A stretch of DNA of 64,000 bases from Octopus sinensis (taxonomy: Eukaryota), in NCBI RefSeq assembly GCF_006345805.1, contig NC_043004.1, positions 9,548,001 to 9,612,000 on the forward strand, written 5' to 3'. Under the pieces are notes generated by a model. The model saw nothing but the letters and a program-made list of their open reading frames with translations, was not told the origin of the DNA and searched no databases. Every line of letters starts with the position of its first letter. Within the stretch, counting starts at the first letter, position 1. The translations under genes and the position numbers were made by a program. This document shows, piece by piece, positions 10,938-23,256 of the stretch.

Positions 10938-12263
10938 AATAATAATAATAATGATAATAATAATAATAATTTACCTCAAGGGTATCAGATGCTGGGGACA
11001 GTACAAGGACAGTTTACAATCTCTGTGTTGGGGTGGGGTTTAGATAAAAGATGAGAGGAAAGATGTGGAAAAGACGTTGAAATGAGATGTCTACATTTTC
11101 TACAAAGCGCGTGACAACTTGAACGATGCAGTCTTCCTGATACAGGAGAAACTTTAACTAGATCCACAGATCCGGTTTTACCCTGACCCTCAAGGGCAGG
11201 AGACCTCATCTGACTGTTGTTCTTTAGTCTACAGACATACGCTTAGAGTAGACCCGTTCACCCTAACCCTTTTTGACGCAGTCACCTGTTTTTGACAAAT
11301 TTATTCGGGGTGAGCACTACTCCTTCCGACCTCACTTTCCTTTCCAAGAAGTCCTGATTGAAAAGTAAAATGTTTTTCCTTCATCCTTTTAATGTCGTCC
11401 ACCAAACACCGTTTAACCATTGTGAGGGCAGCGCGTTAATTGATACTACCAATCCCAGCACTTGTCTGTCTGGCATCTCTTTTTACCAACCCTGAAAGCT
11501 TCAGTGGGATTTGAACTCAGAACGTAAAGAACCGGAAGAAACGCTTGTTGGCTTCTCTCCTGACCCTCCGATGGCCCCACAAAGTCATCTGTTGGCAATT
11601 CTAATCTGGGACAACTGACCATGGTCTTACTTTTTTGTCCCTTTTTTATCTCCTTTCTTCTTCTTTAGTAATTCTCTTTATATTTCTTTGTCTTTTATTT
11701 GATTATTTAAGTCATTGGTCTGCAGCCATCCTGGGGTACCGTCTTGAAGGGTTTAGGCGAACAAATTCTATTCTTCTCCTTTGCCCAACTGTTTATTTGG
11801 ATTTCGCCAAAAGATACTTGGGGCCTTGTGGCCTGTATAAGAAACAAACATCATCAACGTCATCGTCGTCGTCGTCGTAATCATCATCGTCATTATCATC
11901 GTTATTATTATTATTCACTCTCTAATGAAAACTACAAAACAACACAAACTTAATTTGATTGCAATCGTGTTGAGTGTGTTGCTAAGAAGTATGTTGTTTA
12001 TTCACCGATTCAATCAACCAATCAACACATGTAATTGTTTACTTACAAACATTACACCAGCTTGTTCGCTCGTCTGCTTCTTTTTTTCTATGATGATGAT
12101 GGCGGGTATGGCGGTAGTGGTGGCGATAGCGGCCTGCTATTTTCTGTTTGCTTGCGACTTTGTGATTTTCTATTCTATCGCTTTTATTATTTTGCTTATT
12201 TGTTTATACACACGCACACACAAAAAAACACACATGAATATATGAGTGGGGGTACATATATAC

Positions 12264-12337
<74 letters not shown>

Positions 12338-12390
12338 TACATTTATATACATATATAATATATATATATATATACATGCACACACGCGCA

Positions 12391-12446
<56 letters not shown>

Positions 12447-12667
12447 GTGCGTGTGTGTATTGTGATTTTTAATTTGATATGCCCTTGGGAGAAGAGGTTT
12501 CTAAGTTTTAGACATAGTGTTTCTTCCGGACGTTGGCGCCGCCATAACAACATTCCCGGCAATTTTCAAATGAATTTTTGTCCCCCGATGCAGGCACAAC
12601 ACTCAGAATGGTGTTAATATACTACACAGCGTCACAACCTCTACTAAGCGAACGATCATTCGCTACT

Positions 12668-12714
<47 letters not shown>

Positions 12715-12955
12715 ACTTCTACCTGTTCCTGTGCACGATACTTCACTGCGACACGTTCCTCAACGATTTCCTGGGTCACCTCAGAAAGTATGCAAACTCT
12801 GCTTACTTTTACATCTCACTACATTCACGGTTTCATTTGCTGGGATCAGCACCTCTAGATATCTAGATCTTGCTCTTTTGGACGTTTAAGAGAGATTAGT
12901 GAGTTTAACATACTAATTGAAAGTGGGCGTTGAAACCGCCGTACCCAGCAACCCA

Positions 12956-14105
12956 CGAAGATCGGTTGTAAAGTTCATAGGCTGACCAATATGCTCTCAT
13001 AGAATATGGATAAATGAGGTTTATTTTTAAACATAATCCCTTTAGTGGTCCCACATCTTCTATTGGTGTTGCAGTGCTTGGATCCTATTGAGAGGAAGTT
13101 TCAAAAAATCCTCAATTGCAGATCTATCATCTCTGCGATACTGGCTCCCAGCCAAGTGGCTTTTCATGTTGGGGAACAAATGATAGTCAGATGGACCCAA
13201 TTCAGGAGAACACGGAGAGTGATCCACCAGTTCAATGCCACACTCACACACAGCAACCATTGAAATCAAGGACTTGTGTGGTGGAGTATTATCCTGATTA
13301 AACAAGAACACTTTCATCAGATTTCCTGGGTATTTGGTCTTGATAGCCTTTCGTAACTGCCTTAGCAAGTCGGCATAGTACACTCCATTGATAGTGTATC
13401 CCTTCTGAAGATAGTCAATAAAACTCAATGCCTTCTGCATCTCCAAAAAACTGAGGCCCTCTTCCTTACAGAGGAAGCAACTTTGATCTTCCTTGGAGAA
13501 AGTGAGGAGGTTAGGAAACAATGGAAAAAAGCAAGATTTGCCTCAAACAATGTCCGATTCTACCGTGATCTGCTCATCCTGGTGCGCTTTTGACCAGGTG
13601 TCAGAAGATGTGGCACTCACCGAGCAGAAACCATCGTAATGCCAACTTCTTATGGGATATGCTAATAGCATCGGCTATTTTTAGTCAATTGTCCGTCATT
13701 CATCACAAGCAATGTTTTCTTCGGTGGTGGCAGCTGCAGGTGTTCCAGGCCTTGGGTCATCTTAAAGATTCTCCCTTCCCTTCCTAAATTCAGCTGCCCT
13801 CTTTTGCACTATTGATAAGGCTGGGGTGCTATCCTGGAATGTAGCAAACATGACACCATGGATGTTGGTGGAGGTTAAAATCTTTTCGTTGCACGTATAT
13901 CCTAACACCACGGTGCCAAATTTTGTCGATTTTCAAGAGACGTCGCCATTAGTTATTTTGAAGTGTTTTTATAACAGATATCAGTTTAAATGGACATAAA
14001 CAATGCAGTTACTGATAAGAAGGGCTGAAACGAAGGCATATCAGATTTTACAGCTCTAACACCACTCCTTCATAGTCAGCCTATGACCTTTTCAACCCAC
14101 CCTCA
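12956..14105 (-). mobile_element. mariner (DD34D) transposon relic with both TIRs
   Basis: ORF 13060-13521: IDYLQKGYTINGVYY, QDNTPPH, HSPCSPELGPSDYHLFP. TIRs GTTG(T/A)AAAG(T/G)TCATAGGCTGAC at about 12965-12986 and 14075-14097; TA at 14106-14107. Confidence 0.88.
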
Positions 14106-14127
14106 TATAATAATAGGCAGAGGCTCA

Positions 14128-14358
14128 GGGTGGCGAGCTGGCAGAATCGTTAGCGCGCCGGGCGAAATGCTTAGCGATATTTCGTCTGCCGTAACGTTCT
14201 GAGTTCAAATTCCACCGAGGTCGACTTTGTCTTTCATCCTTTCGGGGTCAATTAAATAAGTACCAGTTACGCACTGGGCTCGATGTAATCGACAATCCCT
14301 TTGTTCTTGTTTATCCCCCCTATGTTTAACCCCCAGTGAGCAATAAAGAAATAAATAA
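14128..14358 (+). mobile_element. SINE family 2 (tRNA-derived)
   Basis: Head GGCGAGCTGGCAGAATCG, B-box GAGTTCAAATTCC, central GTCGACTTTG.CTTTCATCCTTTCGGGGTC.AT.AA.TAAGTACC; about ten copies in the window. Confidence 0.8.
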
Positions 14359-14689
14359 TAGGCAGAGGTTCTTGACTGAAGACCACCATAGATTTCATTA
14401 TCGGGCATCGATGGTCTCTCTCTATGATGTAATCGAGATATCGTTCCCCAACCTCCCGGCGAAGGCAGTGGCAAGATGGACCGACCTCAATAGGTATGAA
14501 GCAACTCAACAACTCTCTCTTGTCACAACAAACTCTCGAAGGACTTTAATCGTTACTCATAAGTCAACCTCCATACTGCATACGCATCCATCTTTTCTCA
14601 TTTTCTTCTATCCGCTGTTACACTTATCATAACCACACTCTACACTGTTATTATTTACTTATTTTTTCATGGCACAAATACGATAATTC

Positions 14690-15060
14690 AAGCTGCGTTA
14701 TTGCATTACCGAATTCCTCTCTAGGTACCTCAATAAGCTGTTGTTAACACTCAGCCCCAGCGTTCTACCGCACTTCAAAATACACCAAAGTCTAAATCGT
14801 TTCAACTTGTTCTCCTTCTTTCATATTTCAAACTTTTATTCCTATTGGATGTTAAATCACTGTAAACGACCACCCCTTACGACGACGATCCAGAAGCTCT
14901 TAATCACTTACTAGAATACTAGCTACCTCTTTACACACACCTTATATTACCATCCTATTCCAATCTAGACCCTTAACGGATTTTATGTGCACTAAGGCGG
15001 GCCCAAATTATGCTAAACCATTTACACGCCATATTCAAGCAAATATTGTGACCCTTTCTC
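14690..15060 (+). pseudogene. Ancient Penelope-like RT remnant
   Basis: TEFLSRYLNKLL (14709-14745), LDVKSL* (motif A, 14845-14862) and MCTKAGPNYAKPF (motif B-like, 14985-15023) occur in the expected order, with stops and frameshifts. Confidence 0.55.
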
Positions 15061-15399
15061 TAAAAGTCAACCCAGAAATTTCGACAATTGTTATCTTCAG
15101 ATCCAATCAAATAAATGTCCAGTTTTATGCTACATTTTATTTGTATTTTTTCTGGCACAAAACAGGAAAAATCTAATGATATTAACTGATCGATTATAAA
15201 TAGATTTGAGTGAATAATTTGGTTGTTATCAACATTAACTGAATTATATAATTATTGACAAGGTAATTAAGCGGAATCTAACATAGACGCACACACATGT
15301 ATATACGTATGTAAGCGTACGGACAGACATGTGTGCGTTTATGTGCGTGTTTGTGTGTGCCTTTGCATTTGTGATGTGACCCCCCCCCCCATCACACAC

Positions 15400-15899
15400 A
15401 TTATTTGAAAAACCGTGCTGGTTTGTTTACGTCCTCGTAAGTTAACAGCTCGGTAAGAGACACTAATAGTATAAGTAGCAAAGTGGGATTAACTTGTTCG
15501 AACGAATCTTTCAATACGGTGCTCCAGTATGACCGCATCCAATGACTGTGACACCTTGATTAAGTGTCTTCTACTCTTAGCATCGGGCCGAAAAATGCCT
15601 CGAGAGTGGATTTGGTAGACAGAAATGGAAAGAAACTAGTCATATATATATGTGTGTGTGTGTGTGTGTGTTGTGTGTGTGTACGCGCGCGCGTGCGCGC
15701 GTCTGTTTCCCCTCCACTGCATGACAACCGGTGTTTGTGTGTTTATATCTCGGTAACTTAGCGGTTCGACAAAATACATCGATAGAATAAGTACCAGGCT
15801 TAAAGAACAATTACTGGGGCCGATACATTCGATTATAAATTCTTGAAGGCATGGCCGGCGTCTAATGACTGAAACAAGTAAAAGGTGAAAGATAAAAGA
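15400..15899 (+). mobile_element. Two 5'-truncated SINE family 1 copies
   Basis: Segments match 18021-18421 (GTGGATTTGGTAGAC, ACTTAGCGGTTCG, GATAGAATAAGTAC, ATGACTGAAACAAGTAAAAG). Confidence 0.7.
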
Positions 15900-15924
15900 T
15901 ATATATATATATATATATATATAT

Positions 15925-15955
<31 letters not shown>

Positions 15956-16892
15956 GTGTACGTGCGTGTGTGTAAAACTTTGTGGTGATGATAACTACCT
16001 TCCATCGGGTCCCCAGTTTGTGGATAGGGGAATGGCCTCTGTATTTATAAGCGAGTTTCTTAAGCACGCAGCAAGGCCTACCTCTTTTTCTTCCTGACCA
16101 ATTGACTCAGTCTTCCTCGTATTGATGTTCTTCTCTTTGGCTGCTTCTATTTCTGCAGTTTTTCTCATTTCCTTCGAGTGTTCTTCCTACACCAACCACC
16201 GTACATTTCTCAAGAAGATCATTTCCCTGAGCTTGTTTCATCGTAACATAGACACCAACATTTTTTTCTTTATTATTTTTTTCATCACGTATTAAGTTAA
16301 CAAGAGGTAAGGAACATGCACTAATCCACCCTCCCCATTGCCATCCGCCGCACCCCCAGGGAAAAAAATGGATGGACAAAAGAGAATTAAAGTAAATAAA
16401 TGTCTGGTTAAACCTGCGGATTTATATCCGTTCAACGTAAAAATCTGTAAACCAAAACAAACAATATACAGGTTGTTGTCTTTAGCCCTAGGTCAACCTT
16501 TATTCCATTGACCTTTGGTCAAAAACATTCCAGCTGTTGCATAGCATTCCCCACACCAGACATAGGCATAGTATACTTCGGACTAAATTATCCAATGTGA
16601 TCACATTTTTTGAAGATGGTAGGTTGCGGTTTGAAATCTGTTCTAATGGGGGACAAATAACTTCAGACCCTTGTCACATCGATGCTGAGAGGAAGCGAAA
16701 GTTCTTGTCATCTCTCGTTTGTATGCTTTTTTTTCCCTTCTAGGCATGCACCCTTTATCCTTAAGGCGGTAGGGTATGGCTTACGGGGTATTTGACTGAT
16801 ATCTCTAGCATTTCGAGCGGCATCATGTCAGGTATGTGCTCTATGATGCCGCTACTCCTCCTGCTGTTACTGCAGTAACTATTGCTATTAAC

Positions 16893-16942
<50 letters not shown>

Positions 16943-17005
16943 CAGAGACAGGTTGTCCGGAAAAGCCGTCAGGGTTTTAAAACATAAAATGAATAAGTGA
17001 AATAA

Positions 17006-17046
<41 letters not shown>

Positions 17047-18020
17047 TGGATAGATGGATGGATGGATGGATAGATAGATAGATAGAGAGAAAAAGAGAGA
17101 GATAAAGACAGAGAGAGAGAGAGAGGTGAGCAGAAAGAGGGGGAATGGAAGAGATAAAAGGGGCTGAGAGTGAAGTGCACTCGCACATCTAACGCAGAAG
17201 GACAGAATGGAAGTCGAAGAATTAAAGAATTTATTTATTTAACTTGAACTTTCACCTGGTTGGGGTTTGTTTGAGAGAAAGAGAGAAAGAAGCAGGTTCT
17301 GACCGTAAACGTTCCTCATTGATGTTGATGTTGCTATTGTTATTGTTGCGGATGATGATGATGATTGTGGTGGTGGTGGTAGTGATGGTAACGATGTTGA
17401 TGATAATGATGGACGAAGATGATACCGATAAACTGTCTTCCCTCCCCACAAGATCTATCCCTACCCCTTTACTCGGCTGTGAAACCTACCCTCATACAAA
17501 CATACCCGAGAATTAACTAAATACATCAACACACACACACTCTCTCTCTCCCTCCCCACCCGACTACAATAAAAACAACTGAGAAAAATCTTATCTAAAC
17601 AAAACGCCGCATGTGATCGCACACAAACACAAACACAATCGCATATCTAAACAAACAGACACACACACACAAGCATGCTCACAGCCACACACACACACAC
17701 ACACACACACAAGCTTGTGTGCCCTCGCAAACACACAGATGTACGCTGAGACGCAGGATCCTAACACCTGCTTCAAAGAAAACAGTTACTATGTCCACTC
17801 AGTCTAAGTGAAATCCCACCTGGCATCTAAACGGCAATACTGGACATCTCTAAATATACAGACAGGATACTACTACAGAGAAGAAAGCGAATACCAGTAT
17901 GTGTGTGTGTGCGTGCTTATCTACGGATTTCCATTTTTGCCTATGTATCTATGTATGCAAGTGCGTATGTATATGTGTGTATATGCCTATCTATCCAGCT
18001 ATCTATCATATATATATATA

Positions 18021-18421
18021 CGCGCAGGAGTGGCTGTGTGGTAAGTAGCTTGCTAACCAACCATATGGTTCCGGGTTCAGTCCCACTGCGTGGCATCTTG
18101 GGCAAGTGTCTTCCGCTATGGCCTCGGGCCGACCAATGCCTTGTGAGTGGATTTGGTAGACGGAAACTGAAAGAAGCCTGTCGTATATATGTATATATAT
18201 ATATGTGTGTGTGTATGTTTGTGTGTGTGTGTTTGTCCCCCTAGCATTGCTTGACAACCGATGCTGGTGTGTTTACGTCACTTAGCGGTTCGGCAAAAGA
18301 GACCGATAGAATAAGTACTGGGCTTACAAGGAATAAGTCCCGGGGTCGATTTGCTCGACCAAAGGCGGTGCTCAAGCATGGCCGCAGTCAAATGACTGAA
18401 ACAAGTAAAAGAGTAAAAGAG
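18021..18421 (+). mobile_element. SINE family 1 (tRNA-derived, CORE-like motif, internal microsatellite), full length
   Basis: A-box TGGCTGTGTGG, B-box GGTTCAGTCCC, CTTGGGCAAGT motif, internal (TA)n(GT)n, tail AAGTAAAAGAGTAAAAGAG. Confidence 0.85.
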
Positions 18422-18485
18422 TATATTTACTTGGAAGAGGATGCATGGCGTTCAATCATATAATAATATAAATAAATATAAATAA

Positions 18486-18590
18486 CTAGCAGTATAAGAC
18501 GACTTTTGCCCGGGATTAAGTTAGGATTATTCAGCTAATCAAGTTCTTTATTTCAAACCAAACTAAGTAACATCGACGTCAAATTTGGGC
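18486..18590 (-). mobile_element. Helitron 3' terminus, same family as 8260-9069
   Basis: A|CTAGCAGTATA...GCCCGGG...TAATCAAGTTCTTTATTTCAAACCAAACTAAGTAA matches 8259-8345. Confidence 0.7.
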
Positions 18591-18622
18591 GTAATCCGTT
18601 GAAATTGGTTTATATTTATGTG

Positions 18623-18681
<59 letters not shown>

Positions 18682-18966
18682 CAACAATTGAGGGTAAAAT
18701 TAATTATTATTAATCAGTTTCACCAAGTGTTCAGTATGTAAGGGACCATTATAGGCGAATTCAAAATTCAAAATATTACATTATATATAAGGGCTTAGTA
18801 AAATAAATTACTTTGCCACATACTGAACTCATTAGAAATAGCGCTAAAGAAATTTCTTCAGCTATTTCTAATACTTAAAGAAGATCTCTCTCAGATAGTG
18901 TTTGCCTAAACTAACTCACAAAAGTATGGGGGAAAAAACATTAAAAAATCAAGTGCAAAGGTTATT

Positions 18967-19018
18967 TGAGAACGTACGTTTCTAGATTAGTCAATTCGAC
19001 ATTTCTTTCTTCAGCTCA
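18967..19018 (-). ncRNA. Type I hammerhead ribozyme motif (family a)
   Basis: Reverse complement of the motif at 19847-19898. Confidence 0.6.
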
Positions 19019-19846
19019 GAATTCCTTGAATCGGATTTGGGAACACTTAAAGTCGGGAGCATACCCTTTCGGCTTCTAATCACCCATAGAATTCTGCTCG
19101 AACTAAAAGTGCTATCAAATTCGAATATGCAAGCGAAGAATTTCTGCTCTCCCCTTTCCACCAGCGTGGGTTAAAATTGACAAACACCATGTATTAACAG
19201 TGAAAACCGCAGAATTTAGCAAAGAGAGATGAATTATAATTTCAACAATTGAGGGTAAAATTAATTAATTATTAATCAGTTTCACCAAGTTGTTCAGTAT
19301 GTAAAGGGACCATTATAGGCGAATTCAAAATCAAAATATACATATATATAAGGCTTAGTAAAATAAAGTTTTTCCCCATACTTTTGTGAGTTAGTTTAGG
19401 CAAACACTATCTGAGAGAGATCTTCTTTAAGTATTAGAAATAGCTGAAGAAATTCTTTAGCTGCTATTTCTAATGAGTTCAGTATGTGCAAAAGTAATTT
19501 ATTTTACTAAGCCCTTATATATAATGTAATATTTTGAATTTTGAATTCGCCTATAATGGTCCCTTTACATACTGAACATTGGTGAAACTGATTAATAATT
19601 AATTAATTTTACCCTCAATTGTTGAAATTATAATTCATCTCTCTTTGCTAAATTCTGCGGTTTTCACGTTAATACATGGTGTTTGTCAATTTTAACCCAC
19701 GCTGGTGGAAAGGGGAGAGCAGAAATTCTTCGCTGCATATTCGAATTTGATAGCACTTTTAGTTCGAGCAGAATTCTATGGGTGATTAGAAGCCGAAAGG
19801 GTATGCTCCCGACTTTAAGTGTTCCCAAATCCGATTCAAGGAATTC

Positions 19847-19898
19847 TGAGCTGAAGAAAGAAATGTCGAATTGACTAATCTAGAAACGTACGTTCTCA
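19847..19898 (+). ncRNA. Type I hammerhead ribozyme motif (family a)
   Basis: UGAG | CUGAAGA | stem II (AGA..GUC/GAC..UCU) | GAAA | C-GUAC-GU (palindrome ACGUACGU) | U17 | CUCA; stem I UGAG/CUCA. Confidence 0.6.
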
Positions 19899-20084
19899 AA
19901 TAACCTTTGCACTGATTTTTTAATGTTTTTTCCCCATACTTTTGTGAGTTAGTTTAGGCAAACACTATCTGAGAGAGATCTTCTTTAAGTATTAGAAATA
20001 GCTGAAGAAATTCTTTAGCTGCTATTTCTAATGAGTTCAGTATGTGGCAAAGTAATTTATTTTACTAAGCCCTTATATATAATG

Positions 20085-20123
<39 letters not shown>

Positions 20124-20456
20124 TCAACATACACACACATACATGCATACACGTACTTACGTACACCTATTGCATATATGTTTTTTGTACGCATACATAT
20201 TCATAAAAAGAAATGAATCGAAAAAATGTTGCTAAATTTGTAGATTAACAGTCGTACGATTTTCGCTAAGAAAAAAAAATGGCATTTTTTGCGTAGAATC
20301 AACTACTCTAGTCTCCTAATATGCTTCAAAATCCTTTTTGTGGTCCGAAAACGGGTTGTGGTGTGGGAATCCAGGGAAATTGCACCCATTTGTATTGTGT
20401 AATACAATGACAAATCGTTACCTATCTCTTTGTTTCTTTGTCGTTAAATAAATGGA

Positions 20457-20830
20457 TTCTCAACAAAACACTTTTTTCCTCGGCGTAAAGTAAAAACAAA
20501 TCTCTTTCGCGCCCAAAGTAATGGGTGTGCGTGAGTGGGAGAAACATGAACGATTTAAACTAAATAAATGATTTAAAATATATTTTAATTGTTGTGTGAG
20601 AAAGTATATATAATCTGATTATAAAATATAGTGTCTTTCATAAACATTCTAAATTTGAAGACTATATCTCGCGTTTAAGAAAAAACAAAACATTTTACAT
20701 TTTTATTTTTGATGAACGCTGCGAGTGTTAATCTCTATATTTCTCTCACTTTGTCTTTACCTTTTTTTTTTTGTTAGACGCTGTCAAACTCTCTCCCTCT
20801 TTCCCTTACAGATACTTTTTCTTTACTCTT
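20457..20830 (-). mobile_element. Helitron internal segment, same family as 8260-9069
   Basis: CTCAACAAAACACTTTTTT...GTTAGACGC aligns by eye with about 8350-8710. Confidence 0.7.
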
Positions 20831-20869
20831 TTGTCGTAACACTCTCTCTCTCACACACACATCAACACA

Positions 20870-20912
<43 letters not shown>

Positions 20913-21068
20913 ACACACACATCAACGCACAACTTCTCTCTTTTTGTATGGAAAGATAGGAGTGGAAATGAGGTTTTGAGCATGGCTCTCTATCGGGAAG
21001 AGGAAAGTGCCCAGAGAATAGGATAACGGAGCAGATTGCGAGAAGATAGACACGTGTTATATGATATA

Positions 21069-21538
21069 CAGGGTGGCCCAAATGTAGGTTTACAGTTACC
21101 ACGTAGGCTCTATACATTTCTTTTAAAACATTTTGTAACATCAATTTTTCTATCTTAAAAACTGAAAAAGTAGCTTGAGAAAATTAATTCTTTATATCAC
21201 ACGGGGGGGGGGGGTAAACATAGAAGAGACAAACAAGGACAGACAAACGGATTAAGTTGATTACATCGACCACAGTGTGTAAATGGTACTTATTTAATCG
21301 ACCCCGAAAGGATAAAAGGCAAAGTCGATCTCGGCGGAATTTGAACTCAGAACGTAACGGCAGACGAAATACGGCCACGCATTTCGCCCGGCGTGCTAAC
21401 GTTTCTGCCAGCCCGCCGCTCTCAAAATTAACTAAATTGTCATAGAATAATGGTTTCATATTTTTTATAATTAAGATCTAAACTGCTAATGCGAAAGAGA
21501 TAGTTGAATAACAGTAAACCTACTTTTGGGCCACCCTG
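21069..21538. mobile_element. Tc1/mariner-type MITE with nested SINE
   Basis: ~31-bp TIRs CAGGGTGGCCCAAA(T/A)GTAGGTTTAC(A/T)GTTA at 21069 and ending at 21538; TA on the left flank. Confidence 0.8.
21203..21419 (-). mobile_element. SINE family 2 inside the MITE
   Basis: Reverse complement of 21559-21790. Confidence 0.8.
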
Positions 21539-21558
21539 TGTATTGGAAATAAACGAAA

Positions 21559-22178
21559 GGCGGCGAGCTGGCAGAGTCGTTAGCACGCCGGGCGAAATGC
21601 TTAGCAGTATTTCGTCTGCCGTTACGTTCTGAGTTCAAATTCCGCCGAGGTTGACTTTGCCTTTCATCCTTTCGGGGTCGATAAATTAAGTACCAGTTAC
21701 GCACTGGAGTCGATATAATCGATTTAATCCGTTTGTCTGTCCTTGTTTGTCCTCCCTGTGTTTAGCCCCTTGTGGGTAGTAAAGAAATAGAAATAGGTAT
21801 TTCGTTCAACTTTACTCTCTGAGTTTAAATGCCGCCGAGTCGACTTTGTTCTTCATTCTTTTCGGGGATAAAATAAGAACCGCTTTAGCACTGGGGGAAT
21901 CGACGAAATGACTACCCCCAAAAATCGGGCCGCTATACCTGTGATAGAAAGTAGTACTTAGAACGTGGCAAGTTGCCAGAACCGTCACACACCGGACAGC
22001 TGATTAGCGACTTTTCTTACAGCTCTTTACGTTCTGAGTTCAAATAACTCCATAGTCGACTCTATCCTCCATCCTTTCAGGGTCGATAAAATAAGTACCA
22101 CTTGTGCAATGGGGTTAATGAAATCAACTGGACCCCTCCCCCCAAATTTCTGGTCTTGTGACAATTGTAGAAAGAAGG
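21559..22178 (+). mobile_element. Three adjacent SINE family 2 copies (21559-21790, ~21795-21955, ~21963-22178)
   Basis: Repeated GAGTTCAAAT B-box and CATCCTTTCGGGGTCGATAAA motif; two alternative tails. Confidence 0.75.
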
Positions 22179-23076
22179 GTACTAAAATAGTGAAGCTGAA
22201 GTTTACCCTCGATTTACACGCCCGCACTAAAAGAATCGTATAACTTTTACAAATCTGCTGAAGAAACCCTTATCTCTAACCGTTGAATGCATCTTTATCT
22301 GTATTGTAACAGCTAAGCTCACTGGTTCGACGTCAGAGAGGGAATGTTGAGATGCCGACATCAAGCAATGACAAGCCTGAGGGATCCATTTTAGGCGTAG
22401 CTAAGTGGACGACATTGTAGGCCACCTTTCATTGGGTCATGGGAGCAACAAAATATCTACATTTATCTGCTGCGACAACTACCAAAAATCTGAACCTTCA
22501 ACGATTATTGACGTGCCCCTGACGTATAGAATTCTGAGAGGACCCTTCCAGCCCATTCTGACCGGCTTCCATCGGTAGATTCTCCAAAGCCAGCAAACAT
22601 ATTGATGATCCAAGATACAAGATAAGCATTTCTGGGGAAGACACAATGAGGAGTTATAGTGACATAGGTCACACACTTTCCAGTATCTCCGCTGTGAAGA
22701 TAAATCTAGTGGAAACATGCCCATCACTGTAGAAAGAAAGTTAGCTTCGAGCAATCTGTAGTGACTATAAAAAAATAAGCAACTTTCAGGAACAATAGTG
22801 GTTTATTGAGATGGAAGGTTGCGGATTATGAAACATATGTGTAGTCCGGACTTCCAGTACTCCATTCCGTAACTCTTGTGTGTGTGTGTATGTTCAATTT
22901 GTGGGAAAGATCCAGAGGAACAATGACAAGGTAGCCAGATGTCACAGAAGCGGCCTAAGAAATAGTGATCACACTTGCGTGAGAGTTAATTCCGAGGAGA
23001 AGCGAGACGTACTTTGGAGAACAAAAGACAAAATGGAAAATGGAGACAAACGCTCAAGATGTTATATAAATCATTT

Positions 23077-23178
23077 ATATAACGCCATGTCACCGATATG
23101 TTTCGATAGATGCATTATAATAAATCCGAGTGGATGAATAATGTCGAACAATACATCAATCTCATCAGAGCCGTTATA
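23077..23178 (-). ncRNA. Type I hammerhead ribozyme motif with long stem II (family b), in a ~200-bp repeat at 23020-23225
   Basis: CUGAUGA at 23168-23162; stem II pairs 13 of 14 positions; GAAA at 23104-23101; distal stem I UAUAACG/CGUUAUA. This copy lacks GU of the GUC site, which is present in the sister fragment at 24303. Confidence 0.6.
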
Positions 23179-23219
23179 AACAACAGTGTGCATCAACAAA
23201 ACGTCTTAACAGATATAAG

Positions 23220-23254
<35 letters not shown>

Positions 23255-23256
<2 letters not shown>

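Larger units (their letters stand above)
18679..20088. repeat. 561-bp tandem unit that switches orientation at ~19367 (fold-back; arms about 18775-19367 and 19498-20088)
   Basis: TTTCAACAATTGAGGG recurs at 18679 and 19240. From 19368 the sequence is the reverse complement of the unit. (TA)n lies on both flanks. Confidence 0.9.

Noticed and set aside
18679-20088. CRISPR-like or viral array
   Set aside because: No short repeat-spacer periodicity, no cas or viral ORFs; eukaryotic repeat context.
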